A stretch of DNA of 64,000 bases from Rebecca billardiae RCC1528 (lineage: Eukaryota; Protista; Haptophyta): assembly GCA_965240325.2 (NCBI GenBank), contig OZ251231.1, positions 248,001-312,000 on the forward strand, in the 5' to 3' direction. Below the pieces are notes generated by a model. The model worked only from the letters and a program-made list of their open reading frames with translations, searched no databases and was not told the origin of the DNA. The position numbers and the translations under genes were made by a program. This document shows positions 37,546 through 48,173 of this stretch, piece after piece; within the stretch, counting starts at the first letter, position 1, and every line of letters begins with the position of its first letter.

Positions 37546-40500
37546 ATGGGCACCATCAACCTCGACTACCTCACCGAGCGCCTCGCGCGCAGCCGCGAGG
37601 AGGGCGACCGCCGCGCGGAGGCGGGCGTGCTCGGCAACATGGCGACCGCGCACCTGCGCGACGGGCAGCACGACAAGGCGGTCGAGCTGTCGTCGCAGGC
37701 GCTGCAGATCGCGACCTCGCTCGGCGATCGGGAGGGCCAGGGCATCGCCCTCGGCACGCTCGGCACCGCGTACGCCTCGCTCGGCGAGTACAAGAAGGCG
37801 ATCGACCACTCGACGCGCGCGCTCGCCATCTCGCGCGAGGTCGGCGACCGCGAGGGCGAGGGCATCGCGCTGAGCAACATCGGCTCGGCGCACGCGAGCC
37901 TGGGGCAGTACGAGGAGGCGATGACGCACTTCACGCAGGCGCTCGCCATCTCGCGCGAGGTGGGCGACCGCGAGGGCGAGGGCGCCGCGCTGGGCAACAT
38001 TGGCACAGCATTCGACAACCTCGGCCAGTACGAGCAGGCGATCGAGCACTTCAACCAGGCGCTGGCGCTGGCGCGCGAGGTGGGCGACCGTTGGAGCGAG
38101 GGCGCGGCGCTGGGCAACCTCGGCACCGCGTACGACAACCTCGGCGAGTACGCCACCGCCATCGACCACTCGACCCAGGCGCTCGCCATCGCGCGCGAGG
38201 TGCATGACATGCGCGGTGAGGGGATCGCGCTCGGCAACCTCGGCGCGTCGTGCGCGTCGCTCGGGCGGCACGAGGAGGCGGCGGAGCACCACGCGCGCGC
38301 GCTCGAGATCAACAAGCTCGTCGGCGACCGCTGGGGCGAGGCCGCCTCGCTCGGCAACCTCGGCACCGCGCTCGACGCCCTCGGCCGGCAGCGCGAGGCC
38401 GTGACACACCTGCAGGAGGCGGTCGCGATCTCGGCCGAGCTCGGCGACCGGCGCGGCGAGGGCGTGGCGCTGGGCAACCTGGGCACGACGTACCGCCGGC
38501 AGGGCGAGCACGCGCGCGCCGTCGAGTGCCACGAGCGCGCGCTCGCCATCGCGCGCGAGCTCGCCGACCGCGAGGCCGAGGGCTCGGCACTCGGCAACCT
38601 CGCGACGGCGCACGACGCCATGGGCGCGCATGACAAGGCCGTCGAGTGCTCCAAGCTGGCGCTGGCGATCTCGCGCGAGGTGGGCGACCGGCGCGGCGAG
38701 GGGAACGCGCTCGCGATCCTGGGCAACGCGTACGACTCGCTCGGCCGCGACGAGGAGACCACCGAGCACCTGCTCCAGGCCCTCGCGATCGCGCGCGAGG
38801 TCGGCGACCGGCGCGCGGAGGGCTCGGCCCTGGGTAATCTGGGTACGACCTACTTATCGCTCGGCCACTATGAGCAGGCGGTGGAGCACCTGACCGAGGC
38901 GCTGGCGGTGGCGCGCGAGGTCGACGACCGGCGCGGCGAGGGCACGGCGCTCGCCAACCTCGGCTACGCCTACCGCAAGCTCGAGCGCTACGGCGAGGCG
39001 GCCGAGCGCTCGCGCGAGGCGCTCGACGTGGCGCGCGACGTGGGCGACCGCGCGGGCGAAGGCCTCGCGCTCGGCTCGCTCGGCATCGCGTGCCGCCAGC
39101 TGGGCGAGCACGAGCAGGCGGTGGAGCACTCCGAGGCGGCCCTCGCCATCGCGCGCGACCTCGGCGACCGGTGGAACGAGGGCTCCGCCCTCGCCAACCT
39201 CGCCGCCGCGTACGCATCCACCGGGCAGCCGCACGCGGCACAAGAGCACGGCGCGGAAGCGTTGGCCGTCTGCCGGGAAGTGGGCGACAGGGAGGGCGAG
39301 GGCGCGGCGCTCGGCACGCTCGGCGCGGCGTTCTCGAGCCTCGGGCAGCACTCGCTCGCGACGCGGCACCTCAAGAAGGCCCTCGCCATCGCGCGCGAGC
39401 TCGGCGACCGCGAGTCCGAGGCCGCCGCTCTCTCGTCCCTCGGCACAGCCTACGACGGGCTCGGCCAGCCGGCCAAGGCGCTGCGCCACCACACGGACGC
39501 GCTCACGATTGCGCGCGAGGTCGGCGACCGGTTGTTGGAGGGCGCGGCGCACGGCAACCTGGGCACGGCGTACGAGAGCGCGGGCGAGTACGAGCGCGCC
39601 ATCGAGCACTCCACCCAGGCCCTCGCCATCGCGCGCGAGGTCGACGACCGGCGCGGCGAGGGCATCGCGCACGGCAACCTCGGCAGCGCCTACGCAGCCG
39701 TTGGCGAGCTGGTCGAGGCGATCGGCCATCACACGAGATCGCTCGAGATCTGCCGCGAGCTCGGCGACCGGCTGGGCGAGGCGGCGGCGCACGGGAACAT
39801 CGGCACGGCGTACGACTCGCTCGGCCAGTACGACCGCGCCATCGAGCACGCCGAGCACGCCCTCGCCATCTCGCGCGAGGCGGGCGACCGGCGCGCCGAG
39901 GGCATCGCCCTCGGCAACCTGGGCGCCGCGTACCGCCCGCTCGGTCAGTTTGAGCAGGCGATCGAGCACCACGCGCAGGCGATGGCGATCGCGCGCGAGG
40001 TGGGCGACCGCGAGGGCGAGGGGACCGCGCTCGCCAACCTCGGCACCGCGCACGCCTCGATGGGCATGCACGGCCAGGCCATCGAGCACCTCGCGCAGGC
40101 GCTCGCGATCGCGCGCGAGGTGGGCAACCGGCGCGGTGAGTGTACCGCCCTCGCAAACCTCGGCACCGCGTACGACAGCTTGGGCAAGAGCGAGCAGGCG
40201 GTGGAGCACCTGCTGGGCGCGCACGCGATCGCGCGCGACGTGGGCGACCGGCGCGCCGAGGGCGCCGCGCTCGGCACCCTCGGCACCGCGCTCGTCTCCC
40301 TCGGCCAGTACCCCGCGGCGATCAAGCAGCTCACGGCCGCGCTCGCCATTAGCCGCGAGGTCGGCGACCGGCGCGGCGACGGTTTGGCGCTTGGAAGTCT
40401 CGCGACCGCGCACCGCCGGATGGGCAAGTACGAGGAGGCGGTGGAGTACGCGACGCTCGCGCTCGCCGCCGCGCGCGAGCTCGACGACGCCGCCTCCGAG

Positions 40501-41118
40501 GGCACCGCGCACTCCAACCTCGGCATCTCGCTCCGCCGCCTCGGCCAGTTCGAGCCGGCGGTCGAGCACCTCGCGAGCGCGCTCGGCATTGCGCGCGACG
40601 CGGCCGACCGGCGCGCGGAGGGCGTGGCGTTGGGCAACCTGGGCACCGCGTATGCGGGGCTGGGGCAGCACCAGCGCGCGATCGAGTGCACCACGCAGGC
40701 CCTCACCATCGCGCAGGAGGCGGGCGACCGCCGCGCCGAGGGCTTCGCCCTCGGCGCGCTCGGCTCCGCCTGCGCCGTGCTCTCGCGGCACGCGGAAGCC
40801 ATTAAGCACCACACGGACGCGCTGGTGATCTCGCGCGAGCTCGGCGACCGCGAGGCGTCTCGCACGGCGCTGGGAAACCTGGGCGCAGTGTACGCGTCGC
40901 TCGGCCAGTACGAGGACGCCATCGAGCACCTCACGCTCGCCCTCGAGATCTCGCGCGAGGCATCCGCGCCCACCGGCAGCATCGTCACGAGCGCGGGCGG
41001 CGCGGACGAGGAGTCGGCTCCCCCGGGCACAACCACGCCGCCGCAGCCCACCAAGCAGCCGGCGCTCGGCCGAGAGCGCGCGGAGATGAGTGCGACCGGC
41101 GCGGTGCACACGCCGTGA
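37546..41118 (+). CDS. TPR-only protein with ~28 tandem 40-aa repeats (TTC28/LGN-type TPR)
   Basis: Consensus EGxALGNLGTAYxSLGQYEQAIEHxxQALAIAREVGDR with 120-bp periodicity over ~37600-40960; single exon. Confidence 0.93.
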   Translation: MGTINLDYLTERLARSREEGDRRAEAGVLGNMATAHLRDGQHDKAVELSSQALQIATSLGDREGQGIALGTLGTAYASLGEYKKAIDHSTRALAISREVGDREGEGIALSNIGSAHASLGQYEEAMTHFTQALAISREVGDREGEGAALGNIGTAFDNLGQYEQAIEHFNQALALAREVGDRWSEGAALGNLGTAYDNLGEYATAIDHSTQALAIAREVHDMRGEGIALGNLGASCASLGRHEEAAEHHARALEINKLVGDRWGEAASLGNLGTALDALGRQREAVTHLQEAVAISAELGDRRGEGVALGNLGTTYRRQGEHARAVECHERALAIARELADREAEGSALGNLATAHDAMGAHDKAVECSKLALAISREVGDRRGEGNALAILGNAYDSLGRDEETTEHLLQALAIAREVGDRRAEGSALGNLGTTYLSLGHYEQAVEHLTEALAVAREVDDRRGEGTALANLGYAYRKLERYGEAAERSREALDVARDVGDRAGEGLALGSLGIACRQLGEHEQAVEHSEAALAIARDLGDRWNEGSALANLAAAYASTGQPHAAQEHGAEALAVCREVGDREGEGAALGTLGAAFSSLGQHSLATRHLKKALAIARELGDRESEAAALSSLGTAYDGLGQPAKALRHHTDALTIAREVGDRLLEGAAHGNLGTAYESAGEYERAIEHSTQALAIAREVDDRRGEGIAHGNLGSAYAAVGELVEAIGHHTRSLEICRELGDRLGEAAAHGNIGTAYDSLGQYDRAIEHAEHALAISREAGDRRAEGIALGNLGAAYRPLGQFEQAIEHHAQAMAIAREVGDREGEGTALANLGTAHASMGMHGQAIEHLAQALAIAREVGNRRGECTALANLGTAYDSLGKSEQAVEHLLGAHAIARDVGDRRAEGAALGTLGTALVSLGQYPAAIKQLTAALAISREVGDRRGDGLALGSLATAHRRMGKYEEAVEYATLALAAARELDDAASEGTAHSNLGISLRRLGQFEPAVEHLASALGIARDAADRRAEGVALGNLGTAYAGLGQHQRAIECTTQALTIAQEAGDRRAEGFALGALGSACAVLSRHAEAIKHHTDALVISRELGDREASRTALGNLGAVYASLGQYEDAIEHLTLALEISREASAPTGSIVTSAGGADEESAPPGTTTPPQPTKQPALGRERAEMSATGAVHTP

Positions 41119-41562
41119 CGCCGGCGTGCGCGGCGGTGGCGGCTGCGGCTGCGCCCGCGCGCGGCGGCGGCGCGTTCGCCGCGCTGCCGCCCTGCTCCCC
41201 CCCCCCGCCTGTTGGCCGCCCGCAGCGCCGTGGCCCGGCGGCTGCCAGCGCGCCGACGCCTCGCGGCGCGATGGGCCGGGGGCTCAGCGCCCGGCGCGCA
41301 CGCGTGCGCGCCCGGCCAGCCGTCTGCGATGATGCGTATGACATGATGACGACAAGCCGCCGCCGCGTGATGGTCATCACCGTGGATGATCAGATGCCGC
41401 GCAGCACCGTCAGCCGAGATCGGCACCGCCGGACGCACAAGTGGTGCGCATGCGCACGCGGCTTGATACAGTAATGACGCAATGATGACTACGAGTCGTA
41501 ACTACGACGATGACAATTTCACATATGGGGGTACTATACGTACAGTATTGATGACAATGATG

Positions 41563-42927
41563 ATGGCGGCGCGGCGGCGGCCGACGGCGGTGGCCGCCCG
41601 GGTTGTGCCGCTTCTGCTGCTCGCTTCCACGGATGATGGAGCGGCAAAGAAGCCAGCCGACAAGCCGCTCCCCATGGAACAGGCCGTCCACTACGTGAAT
41701 TGCACGGGCAGCCCATCTGCTGATGAACACTCAGCACCACCAGCAAGCGCGTGGTGGGCGCCGCGATCATCGCGCATGCTTGGCGTGCTCGTCATGCTCC
41801 AGAACGAGGCGCACACCATCGCCGAGTTCGTGCAGCACTACCTCGAGGAGGAAGCCGACCACGTCTTCATCGCCGACGACAACTCGACCGACCGGCTGCG
41901 CGAGAGCCTCGCGTGCGTGGACCCGGCGGCTTACACCGTGTGGCCCACGTCGCAGCTGCTCCAAGGCCGCGCGCGTGCAGCGGACCTCTTCCGCAGGCAG
42001 AAGCAGGTGTATCCCGCCGCGATCGAGCGCATCCGCCGCGACTACGGCGCGGCCATGGAGTGGCTGCTCGTCGTAGACGTGGACGAGTTTGTCGTCTCGC
42101 GCGCGTGTCCGCGCCGCACGGTCGGCTCGCTGCTGCGGCACGAGCTGCACGCGGCGTGCGACGCGGTGTTTGCGCCGTGGCTCATGTTCAGCTGGGGCTC
42201 GCAGGCGCGCGAGCCGTGTGGCCACGTGCGCACCGCGCTCACCTGGCGATGGGGCCTTGACCGCGCGTACAAGCGCCCTCAAGCGTCCGTGCGCTCGCGC
42301 AGCCGCAAGCTGGACAACCCTCAGCACCGCGTCGCGCACAAGTACGCGGTGCGGCTCTCGCGGCTGGCCGCGGCTGGCGTGCACTCGGCGACGCTTCGCG
42401 AGGCGGGCGGGCCCAAGCGGTACTGCGCGCCTGAGCGCCGGAGCGGGCGCCTCGCGACACGGCCGTCGAAGCCGAGCTCCTTCTCCCAGCTGCGTGAAGC
42501 CGCCGTCCCTGCGCTCGTGCTCGCCACGCACCACTACCGGATCCGGTCGCAGGACCAGTGGGAGCGCAAGACGCGCGGCGGATACGACTCGGGCAAGTAC
42601 GGGGACGGCTCGGTGGAGGACAGCCGGCTTGCGAACAGGCTGGACGTGCATGACGAGTTCATGCGCGTGACGCGCGTGCGCGCGCCGCTTCGCTTTGATC
42701 CGTCCGCCGTGCCGCGCGTGTGCTCGTCGGTGCGGCCGCCTGACGCCGAGCTGGCCGCGGCGCTGCCGGGCGAGCCACGCGCGGATGACAATGTGCAGCA
42801 GCGCGTCTCGGACAGTTTGGGGTCGGGCGTAGGCTCCCAGATCGGCGTTGTGGGGGCAGCCACTGTGCTGGGTGAAGGCCGTGCTGCTGTCGATTGCGAC
42901 TTGCGAGGCAGCAGCGCACGCGTGTGA
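41563..42927 (+). CDS. GT-A fold glycosyltransferase (GT2/GT92-like)
   Basis: MLQNEAHTIAEFVQHYL..HVFIADDNSTD, WLLVVDVDEF (DxD), HHYRIRS; hydrophobic N-terminus. Confidence 0.82.
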   Translation: MAARRRPTAVAARVVPLLLLASTDDGAAKKPADKPLPMEQAVHYVNCTGSPSADEHSAPPASAWWAPRSSRMLGVLVMLQNEAHTIAEFVQHYLEEEADHVFIADDNSTDRLRESLACVDPAAYTVWPTSQLLQGRARAADLFRRQKQVYPAAIERIRRDYGAAMEWLLVVDVDEFVVSRACPRRTVGSLLRHELHAACDAVFAPWLMFSWGSQAREPCGHVRTALTWRWGLDRAYKRPQASVRSRSRKLDNPQHRVAHKYAVRLSRLAAAGVHSATLREAGGPKRYCAPERRSGRLATRPSKPSSFSQLREAAVPALVLATHHYRIRSQDQWERKTRGGYDSGKYGDGSVEDSRLANRLDVHDEFMRVTRVRAPLRFDPSAVPRVCSSVRPPDAELAAALPGEPRADDNVQQRVSDSLGSGVGSQIGVVGAATVLGEGRAAVDCDLRGSSARV

Positions 42928-43211
42928 CTGTGAGCATATAGTATTACTGCCAGTAGCATATATATGCTGACGATGCTTATATTGGGTGGCAGTGATGCCG
43001 TCGTCTTCGACGACCGGCTGGAGCCTGGATTGCCTGACGAAGTCGTTGACAGGCTACGGTGGTGACCAGATAATAAGCGCGGCACGTATAGTCTTGCATG
43101 TAGCCGGTAGGTTACAGTCGTACAGTGTTATAGCAGCAATCAACTGTCATCGCGGGTACAATCCTGGCCCGCGCGTCGTCGTCATTTCCTCGCAATCTCA
43201 AATCGCGAAGC

Positions 43212-44858
43212 ATGGCCGCCGACGACGCCGCGGACGACACGTGCTGCTGGTGCGACGCGGCGACGCCGGCGAGCGCGCGCTCGCGCGGCGAGCTCGAGCT
43301 CGTCATGTCGGACGAGTTCGACACGCCGGGCCGGACCTTCGCCAACGGCGCCGACCCCAAGTGGACGGCGCTCGAGCGCGCGGACGACACGAACGGTGGG
43401 CAGGTCTACTACTCGCCCGACAACGCCGAGACGGTGGTGGACGAGGCTGGCGTGGGCGCGCTGCGCATCACGACGTCGCGGCTTGCGGCGCCTCGCGCGG
43501 GCAAGCCGCTCCAGTCCGCGCAGCTGCAGGGCTGGAACAAGTTCTGCTTCACCGGCGGCGCGGTCGAGGTGCGCGCGCGCGTGCCCGCCAACAGTGGCAC
43601 CTGGCCCTCGCTCTGGCTGTTGGGCAACCTGGCGCGCGCGGTGTACACGGCGTCGGGCGACGGCGTGTGGCCGTGGTCGTACGACGCGTGCCTCGAGCTC
43701 GACGCCGCCCGCCTCCCGCCGCGCACCCCGCCGCAGAAGTGGCCCGGGCGCGGCGCGGCCGAGATGGACCTTGTGGAGGCACGGACGAGCGCCGCGTCGC
43801 CGCACCTCGAGTACGCGAGCTTCTCGCTGCAGGTGGCGCCGCGCGTGCCGCCGGCGTACATGCCGGCGTGGGGCTCGTTCCCGAGCCCGCAGCCGCGCGT
43901 GCCCAACGGCGAGCCCCTCGGCCACGGCGTCGACGGCTCGTGGTACTCCGACCTGACGCTGGGCGCGGGCGCGGCCGTGAACGCGTGGTGGTACGGCCCC
44001 CGCGATGTGCCCGGCAGTAACGACGCGATCACGGGGTCGGTGGCGGGGATGCCGCGGTTCGGCGGCGGGGCGTACCACACGTTCGGCCTCGAGTGGCGCC
44101 TGCCCGACCCGTCCGACCCCGCCGCGCCCCTCGGCTTCCTCCGCTTCACGTACGACGGCGATCTCGTGCTCGAGATTGGCGGCGGCGCTCTGAATCGATC
44201 CTATGTGGCGTGCGGCGCCGCGCGCACGCCAAGGCTGGGCGGGCGGCGCGAGGCGTGCTGCTTCGAGACGCCGCCGCGGCTGCTGCCGGACGAGCCGACG
44301 TACCTCATCCTCTCGCAGGCCGTGGGCAACTGGGCCGACGGGCTCGCCGGCTTCGAGCGCGAGGCGGGCGACAGCGGCTCGGCGCACCTGCTCGTCGACT
44401 GGGTGCGCGTGTGGCAGCGGCGCGGCCAGAGGCGGCTCGGCTGCGACCCGCCCAACCTGCCGACGGCCGAGCTGATGGCGGAGGGCCTCGCGCGCGGGGA
44501 CTACGGCCCGCAGGCGCGGCCGCTCGGCGCCGACACCTGCCCGCCCCTCTTCGAGGGCCCGCTCGGCCGCGCGCGCGACGGGCGGTCGCTCGACGGCTGC
44601 GCGCGGTTCGAGTCATCGCTGCCGGCTGGCACGGCGCTCTGCCCCCTCAGGCTGCCGGTGCCCGCCGAGCAGCTCGCGCTGCTCGGCGCGCTGCTTGGCG
44701 TGTGGACGCTCGTCGCGCTCGCGGCCGTCGCGCGCTGGGTGTGGCGCACCCAGCCGAGCGTGGCGGCGTGCGCAGGCAGCGGCAGCTCGTGCCGGCCGTG
44801 CCGCCGGCTGGCGCGGCGCGCTGCGGCGCTGCTCGCCGGGCGAAGTCATCACGGCTGA
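43212..44858 (+). CDS. KRE6/SKN1-family GH16 beta-1,6-glucan transglycosylase-like protein
   Basis: LVMSDEFDTPGRTF, SAQLQGWNKFCFTGG, WPSLWLLGNLARA, WPWSYDAC, GRGAAEMDLVE (ExDxxE), PDEPTYLIL, VDWVRVWQ, GCDPP..PT; C-terminal TM. Confidence 0.92.
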   Translation: MAADDAADDTCCWCDAATPASARSRGELELVMSDEFDTPGRTFANGADPKWTALERADDTNGGQVYYSPDNAETVVDEAGVGALRITTSRLAAPRAGKPLQSAQLQGWNKFCFTGGAVEVRARVPANSGTWPSLWLLGNLARAVYTASGDGVWPWSYDACLELDAARLPPRTPPQKWPGRGAAEMDLVEARTSAASPHLEYASFSLQVAPRVPPAYMPAWGSFPSPQPRVPNGEPLGHGVDGSWYSDLTLGAGAAVNAWWYGPRDVPGSNDAITGSVAGMPRFGGGAYHTFGLEWRLPDPSDPAAPLGFLRFTYDGDLVLEIGGGALNRSYVACGAARTPRLGGRREACCFETPPRLLPDEPTYLILSQAVGNWADGLAGFEREAGDSGSAHLLVDWVRVWQRRGQRRLGCDPPNLPTAELMAEGLARGDYGPQARPLGADTCPPLFEGPLGRARDGRSLDGCARFESSLPAGTALCPLRLPVPAEQLALLGALLGVWTLVALAAVARWVWRTQPSVAACAGSGSSCRPCRRLARRAAALLAGRSHHG

Positions 44859-45251
44859 TTTTCTCTATTCTGACTTTGTCGGCTGACGCGAAGCAGACGT
44901 CGAAGCAGTAGTGACGACGACGACGGGACCGTCGCGGCAGCGGTATACGTAGCATCAGCAGCATATATCGTCGCAGCCAATAAGTCATATATAGCAGTGT
45001 CGATAACAGCAGTGGGCAGTGCCCAGTGGCTCGGCGGCACAGACTCAGAGCCGCGGAGCTGCGCTTATATTATTGCCAGCGCGGGCACCGGGTCTGATGA
45101 TGCTGACGATGCGCTGCTGCTGCGCTGCTGCTGCTGACACTATCACATATATATATATATACTATAGCTATAGCCTCTGGCAATGGGCGCAATGGCGGCA
45201 GGCGCCCGGCATTCCGCCGTCGCGTCCATCCGGCAATCCGTCGGCGGCTCG

Positions 45252-47939
45252 TCAACTCGGCAGCAGCAGCGCCACCGCGCGCGCGGCTGCGGCTACTTGC
45301 TCTCGTGCGTGCTGCTGCTCGCGCTCAGCGCGCGAGAGGGCGGCGCCGACCGCGATGCGCTGCGCGTAGGAGCTGCTGCCGCGGCGCGAGGGCGCGGGCC
45401 GTGCGCCGCCGCCGGCTGCGGCGCGGGGCGTTGGCCGGGCCCTGCCGGCTGAGGCGGCGCGGCACGACACACCACCAGGTGCCGCCTCGCTCCCGCCGCC
45501 CGAGCCGGCAACTGAGCCGAGGGTCGGTGTGCGCGCCGGCCCGCCGCGCGCCCCACCGCCCGTCTGCTGCGCGGGCGCGGCGGCCGGCAGGGCGCTCGCA
45601 GACGCGCCAGCCCCGGGCGGTGGGGCGGCGCTCGGAGCGGCGCTACCCGCGCCCACGCCGCGCACGTGACGCGCGCGCAGCCGGTCGGCGCGTGTGCGAC
45701 GCAGCCGCAGCACGGGCGGCGGCGGCGTGCCGCCAGCCAGCCCGCCCCCGCCCGCGTGCGCGTGGCCCCCGCGCGGCGGCGTGCGCAGCCAGGCGCCTCC
45801 ATAGTCACCACGCACACGGCGAGCAGTGGCCACCGCGGCTCCCTCGCTGGCACGCCCGGGCGCGCGGACGCCGCCGCCGCCGCCGCCTTCGTAAGCGCAC
45901 GAGACGGCACCGCAAGCGCAGCTCTCGACGGCTGAGCCGCCTGCGCAGCGCGTATCGCGCGGCGCGCGCGCTCTGCCAAACGCCGCCGACGGTGGCTCGC
46001 GCGCGCGGCCGGTGCTGCCGCCCGCGCCCTGCGTGGCCGTGCTGGTCGGGCTGCGGCTGCCGGCGGCGCGCGGGCTACCACCGCCGCGGCGCGCGCCGCC
46101 GGCAGCGGGTGAGGTGGGGGTTGTGTCCGCGCCCTCGGCGGCTGATACGTGCGCCGGCGTCGCCGCGGGCGAGTGCGCGTCATCGGCAGCCGTGCGCGGC
46201 GGCGGGAGGAGCGCACCCGCCGCCGCGTGCCGCCCGTGCTCCGCGCCCGCCCACCCAGCGCCGAGCTGCGTGGCGTCGGCCGCGGCCGCGGCGAGGGCCA
46301 GCGCCGCGGTCGCCGTCGCCGCGTCAGCGTCGGCCGTTGCAACCTCCGCCTGCTTCGACGCGCGCGCCGCGAGCAGCCGCTGCGCCTCGGCGTGGACCAG
46401 CGCGTCGCGCGCGCGCGCCAGCAGCTGCACCACCTCCGGCGGAGCCGCCGCTGCCGCCGGCGTGAGCCCGACCGGCGGTGCTGACGGCGTGAAGCCACCC
46501 ACGACGGCGCGTGCGCCCGCGTCCGCGCGCGCCACAATCGTGCGTGCGCCCGCGTCCGCGCGCGCCGGTTGCGCGTCGCGCGCCGATGTGTGCCGCGCGG
46601 CGGCGGGCTCAGCGACAGCGGCCGGTAGCTTGGGCGAGTCTCGAGGCGGGTACGGCGCGGTCACGGGCGGCGTGCCGGGCGAGTGCGCCGCGCGCAGTGC
46701 CGCCCAGCGCGCGTCCCCGCTGCCGCAGGACGAGCGCCGCCCGCCCTCGGCAGATGATGGGCGGCGGCTGCCGAGGCCGCTCGGCGGCGGCGGCGCGGCG
46801 CGGCGCGGCGACGGCGGCGTCGACACGGGCGGCGGGCGCGAGTCCGCGGTGTGCGCGAGCCCCGCGGCTCGCGCGGCCGGCGCCTCCGCGTCACGCTCGG
46901 CGTCGTGCGCGCCGCGTGGGCCGACCGAGGGCGAGGGTGTGACCGTGTACCTGTTGTGCAGGGAGCCAGGGCTGAGGGCCGTTGTGGCGGTGAGCTCGGC
47001 GCGCCGCGCGCCGCGCCGAGGCGTGCCCGGCGCGCTGCCTCGGTCGTCGTCGAGGGTGCGCGCAGCGGAGGCTTCGCCGGTCTCGGCCGGCTCGCCACTG
47101 CCGCCGCCAGGGCCGCCGTCGCGCGCACGCCCCGCCTCCGCCTCCGCGCCTGCGCGCGCGCGCGCTCTCGGGCTCACACTCGCCGGCGCTGCGGCCGAGG
47201 GCGCGCGCGGCGACGGCGCCTGCGTGCCCGCGCTCGCCAGCGCGCCGGCGGCCGCCGTCGGGCTCGTCGCAGCGTCGGCGACGGGCGCGGCTGCCACCGT
47301 GGCCGTCTCTACTCGAGCGCTGCCGCTCGCCTCCGCGCCCTCGCCGCGCTCGTCTGCGCCGCGCCCGAGCGCGCCGGCCGCGCTGCCCGCTGCATCCGCG
47401 GACGCGCGCGACGCGGCCGATGCCGAGCTGCCCGCTGAGGAGCGCGGGGCGCGCGCGCCGTCGGCCGCGGGGTCCGCGAGGGGCGTCGGAGCGCTCACGC
47501 TCGTCGCGTCGCTCCGCTCGTCCCCGCTCACCACGCGCCGACCCGGCCCGCGGCCGAGCGCGCGCGGCTCGGCGGCGCGCGGCACAAACGCTCGCGCCGC
47601 CTCGAGCACACCCACGTCGGCGCCGCGGCGCGGCGAGGGCTCGAAGGGCTGCTCGAGGCTGATGGGCTCGTCGGCGAGCGCGCGGTGCTCGTTGCAGTAC
47701 AGCCGGCCCGGCGTCGAGCGCTGGTCCCACACGTAGTGCGACGGCGCGAGCGGGCGTCGACACCTGGCGCAGCGGAAGCACTCGCGGTGCAGCAGCACGG
47801 GCGTGTCTGTGTCTGGGTGCGGCACGCGCACGCGCTCGGTGTGGAAGACGGCCTTGGCGCAGAGCGCGCACGGCTGCGTGTTCAGGCCGCCCGTCTGCGC
47901 GCGCGTCATCTCGACGTGGTGCTGCGCCGCGGCGAGCAT
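45252..47939 (-). CDS. LIM-domain protein with long disordered/low-complexity tail
   Basis: CALCAKAVFHTE..HRECFRCARC..LYCNEH fits the LIM consensus; 3' structure may include unrecognised introns. Confidence 0.78.
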   Translation of the reverse strand: MLAAAQHHVEMTRAQTGGLNTQPCALCAKAVFHTERVRVPHPDTDTPVLLHRECFRCARCRRPLAPSHYVWDQRSTPGRLYCNEHRALADEPISLEQPFEPSPRRGADVGVLEAARAFVPRAAEPRALGRGPGRRVVSGDERSDATSVSAPTPLADPAADGARAPRSSAGSSASAASRASADAAGSAAGALGRGADERGEGAEASGSARVETATVAAAPVADAATSPTAAAGALASAGTQAPSPRAPSAAAPASVSPRARARAGAEAEAGRARDGGPGGGSGEPAETGEASAARTLDDDRGSAPGTPRRGARRAELTATTALSPGSLHNRYTVTPSPSVGPRGAHDAERDAEAPAARAAGLAHTADSRPPPVSTPPSPRRAAPPPPSGLGSRRPSSAEGGRRSSCGSGDARWAALRAAHSPGTPPVTAPYPPRDSPKLPAAVAEPAAARHTSARDAQPARADAGARTIVARADAGARAVVGGFTPSAPPVGLTPAAAAAPPEVVQLLARARDALVHAEAQRLLAARASKQAEVATADADAATATAALALAAAAADATQLGAGWAGAEHGRHAAAGALLPPPRTAADDAHSPAATPAHVSAAEGADTTPTSPAAGGARRGGGSPRAAGSRSPTSTATQGAGGSTGRAREPPSAAFGRARAPRDTRCAGGSAVESCACGAVSCAYEGGGGGGVRAPGRASEGAAVATARRVRGDYGGAWLRTPPRGGHAHAGGGGLAGGTPPPPVLRLRRTRADRLRARHVRGVGAGSAAPSAAPPPGAGASASALPAAAPAQQTGGGARGGPARTPTLGSVAGSGGGSEAAPGGVSCRAASAGRARPTPRAAAGGGARPAPSRRGSSSYAQRIAVGAALSRAEREQQHAREQVAAAARAVALLLPS

Positions 47940-48173
47940 CGCGCCCGCCGCGCCCGTCCGCCTCGGCGGTGCAGGCGCGCCACAAGCGACGCCAACCGAG
48001 GGAGGTGCCGATGAACTACCGCGATTTCACGATTCGGAGGCTGACAACGGCATCGGCGGTTTCCAAAGCGTTACACGATGGCCGTCCGAATGACCGATTC
48101 TTCATTCTACCGCGTACCAAGCACGATGGCGTCGCCGCTGGCCGCCGGCTCAAGGGAGCGACGGGGGCAACTC

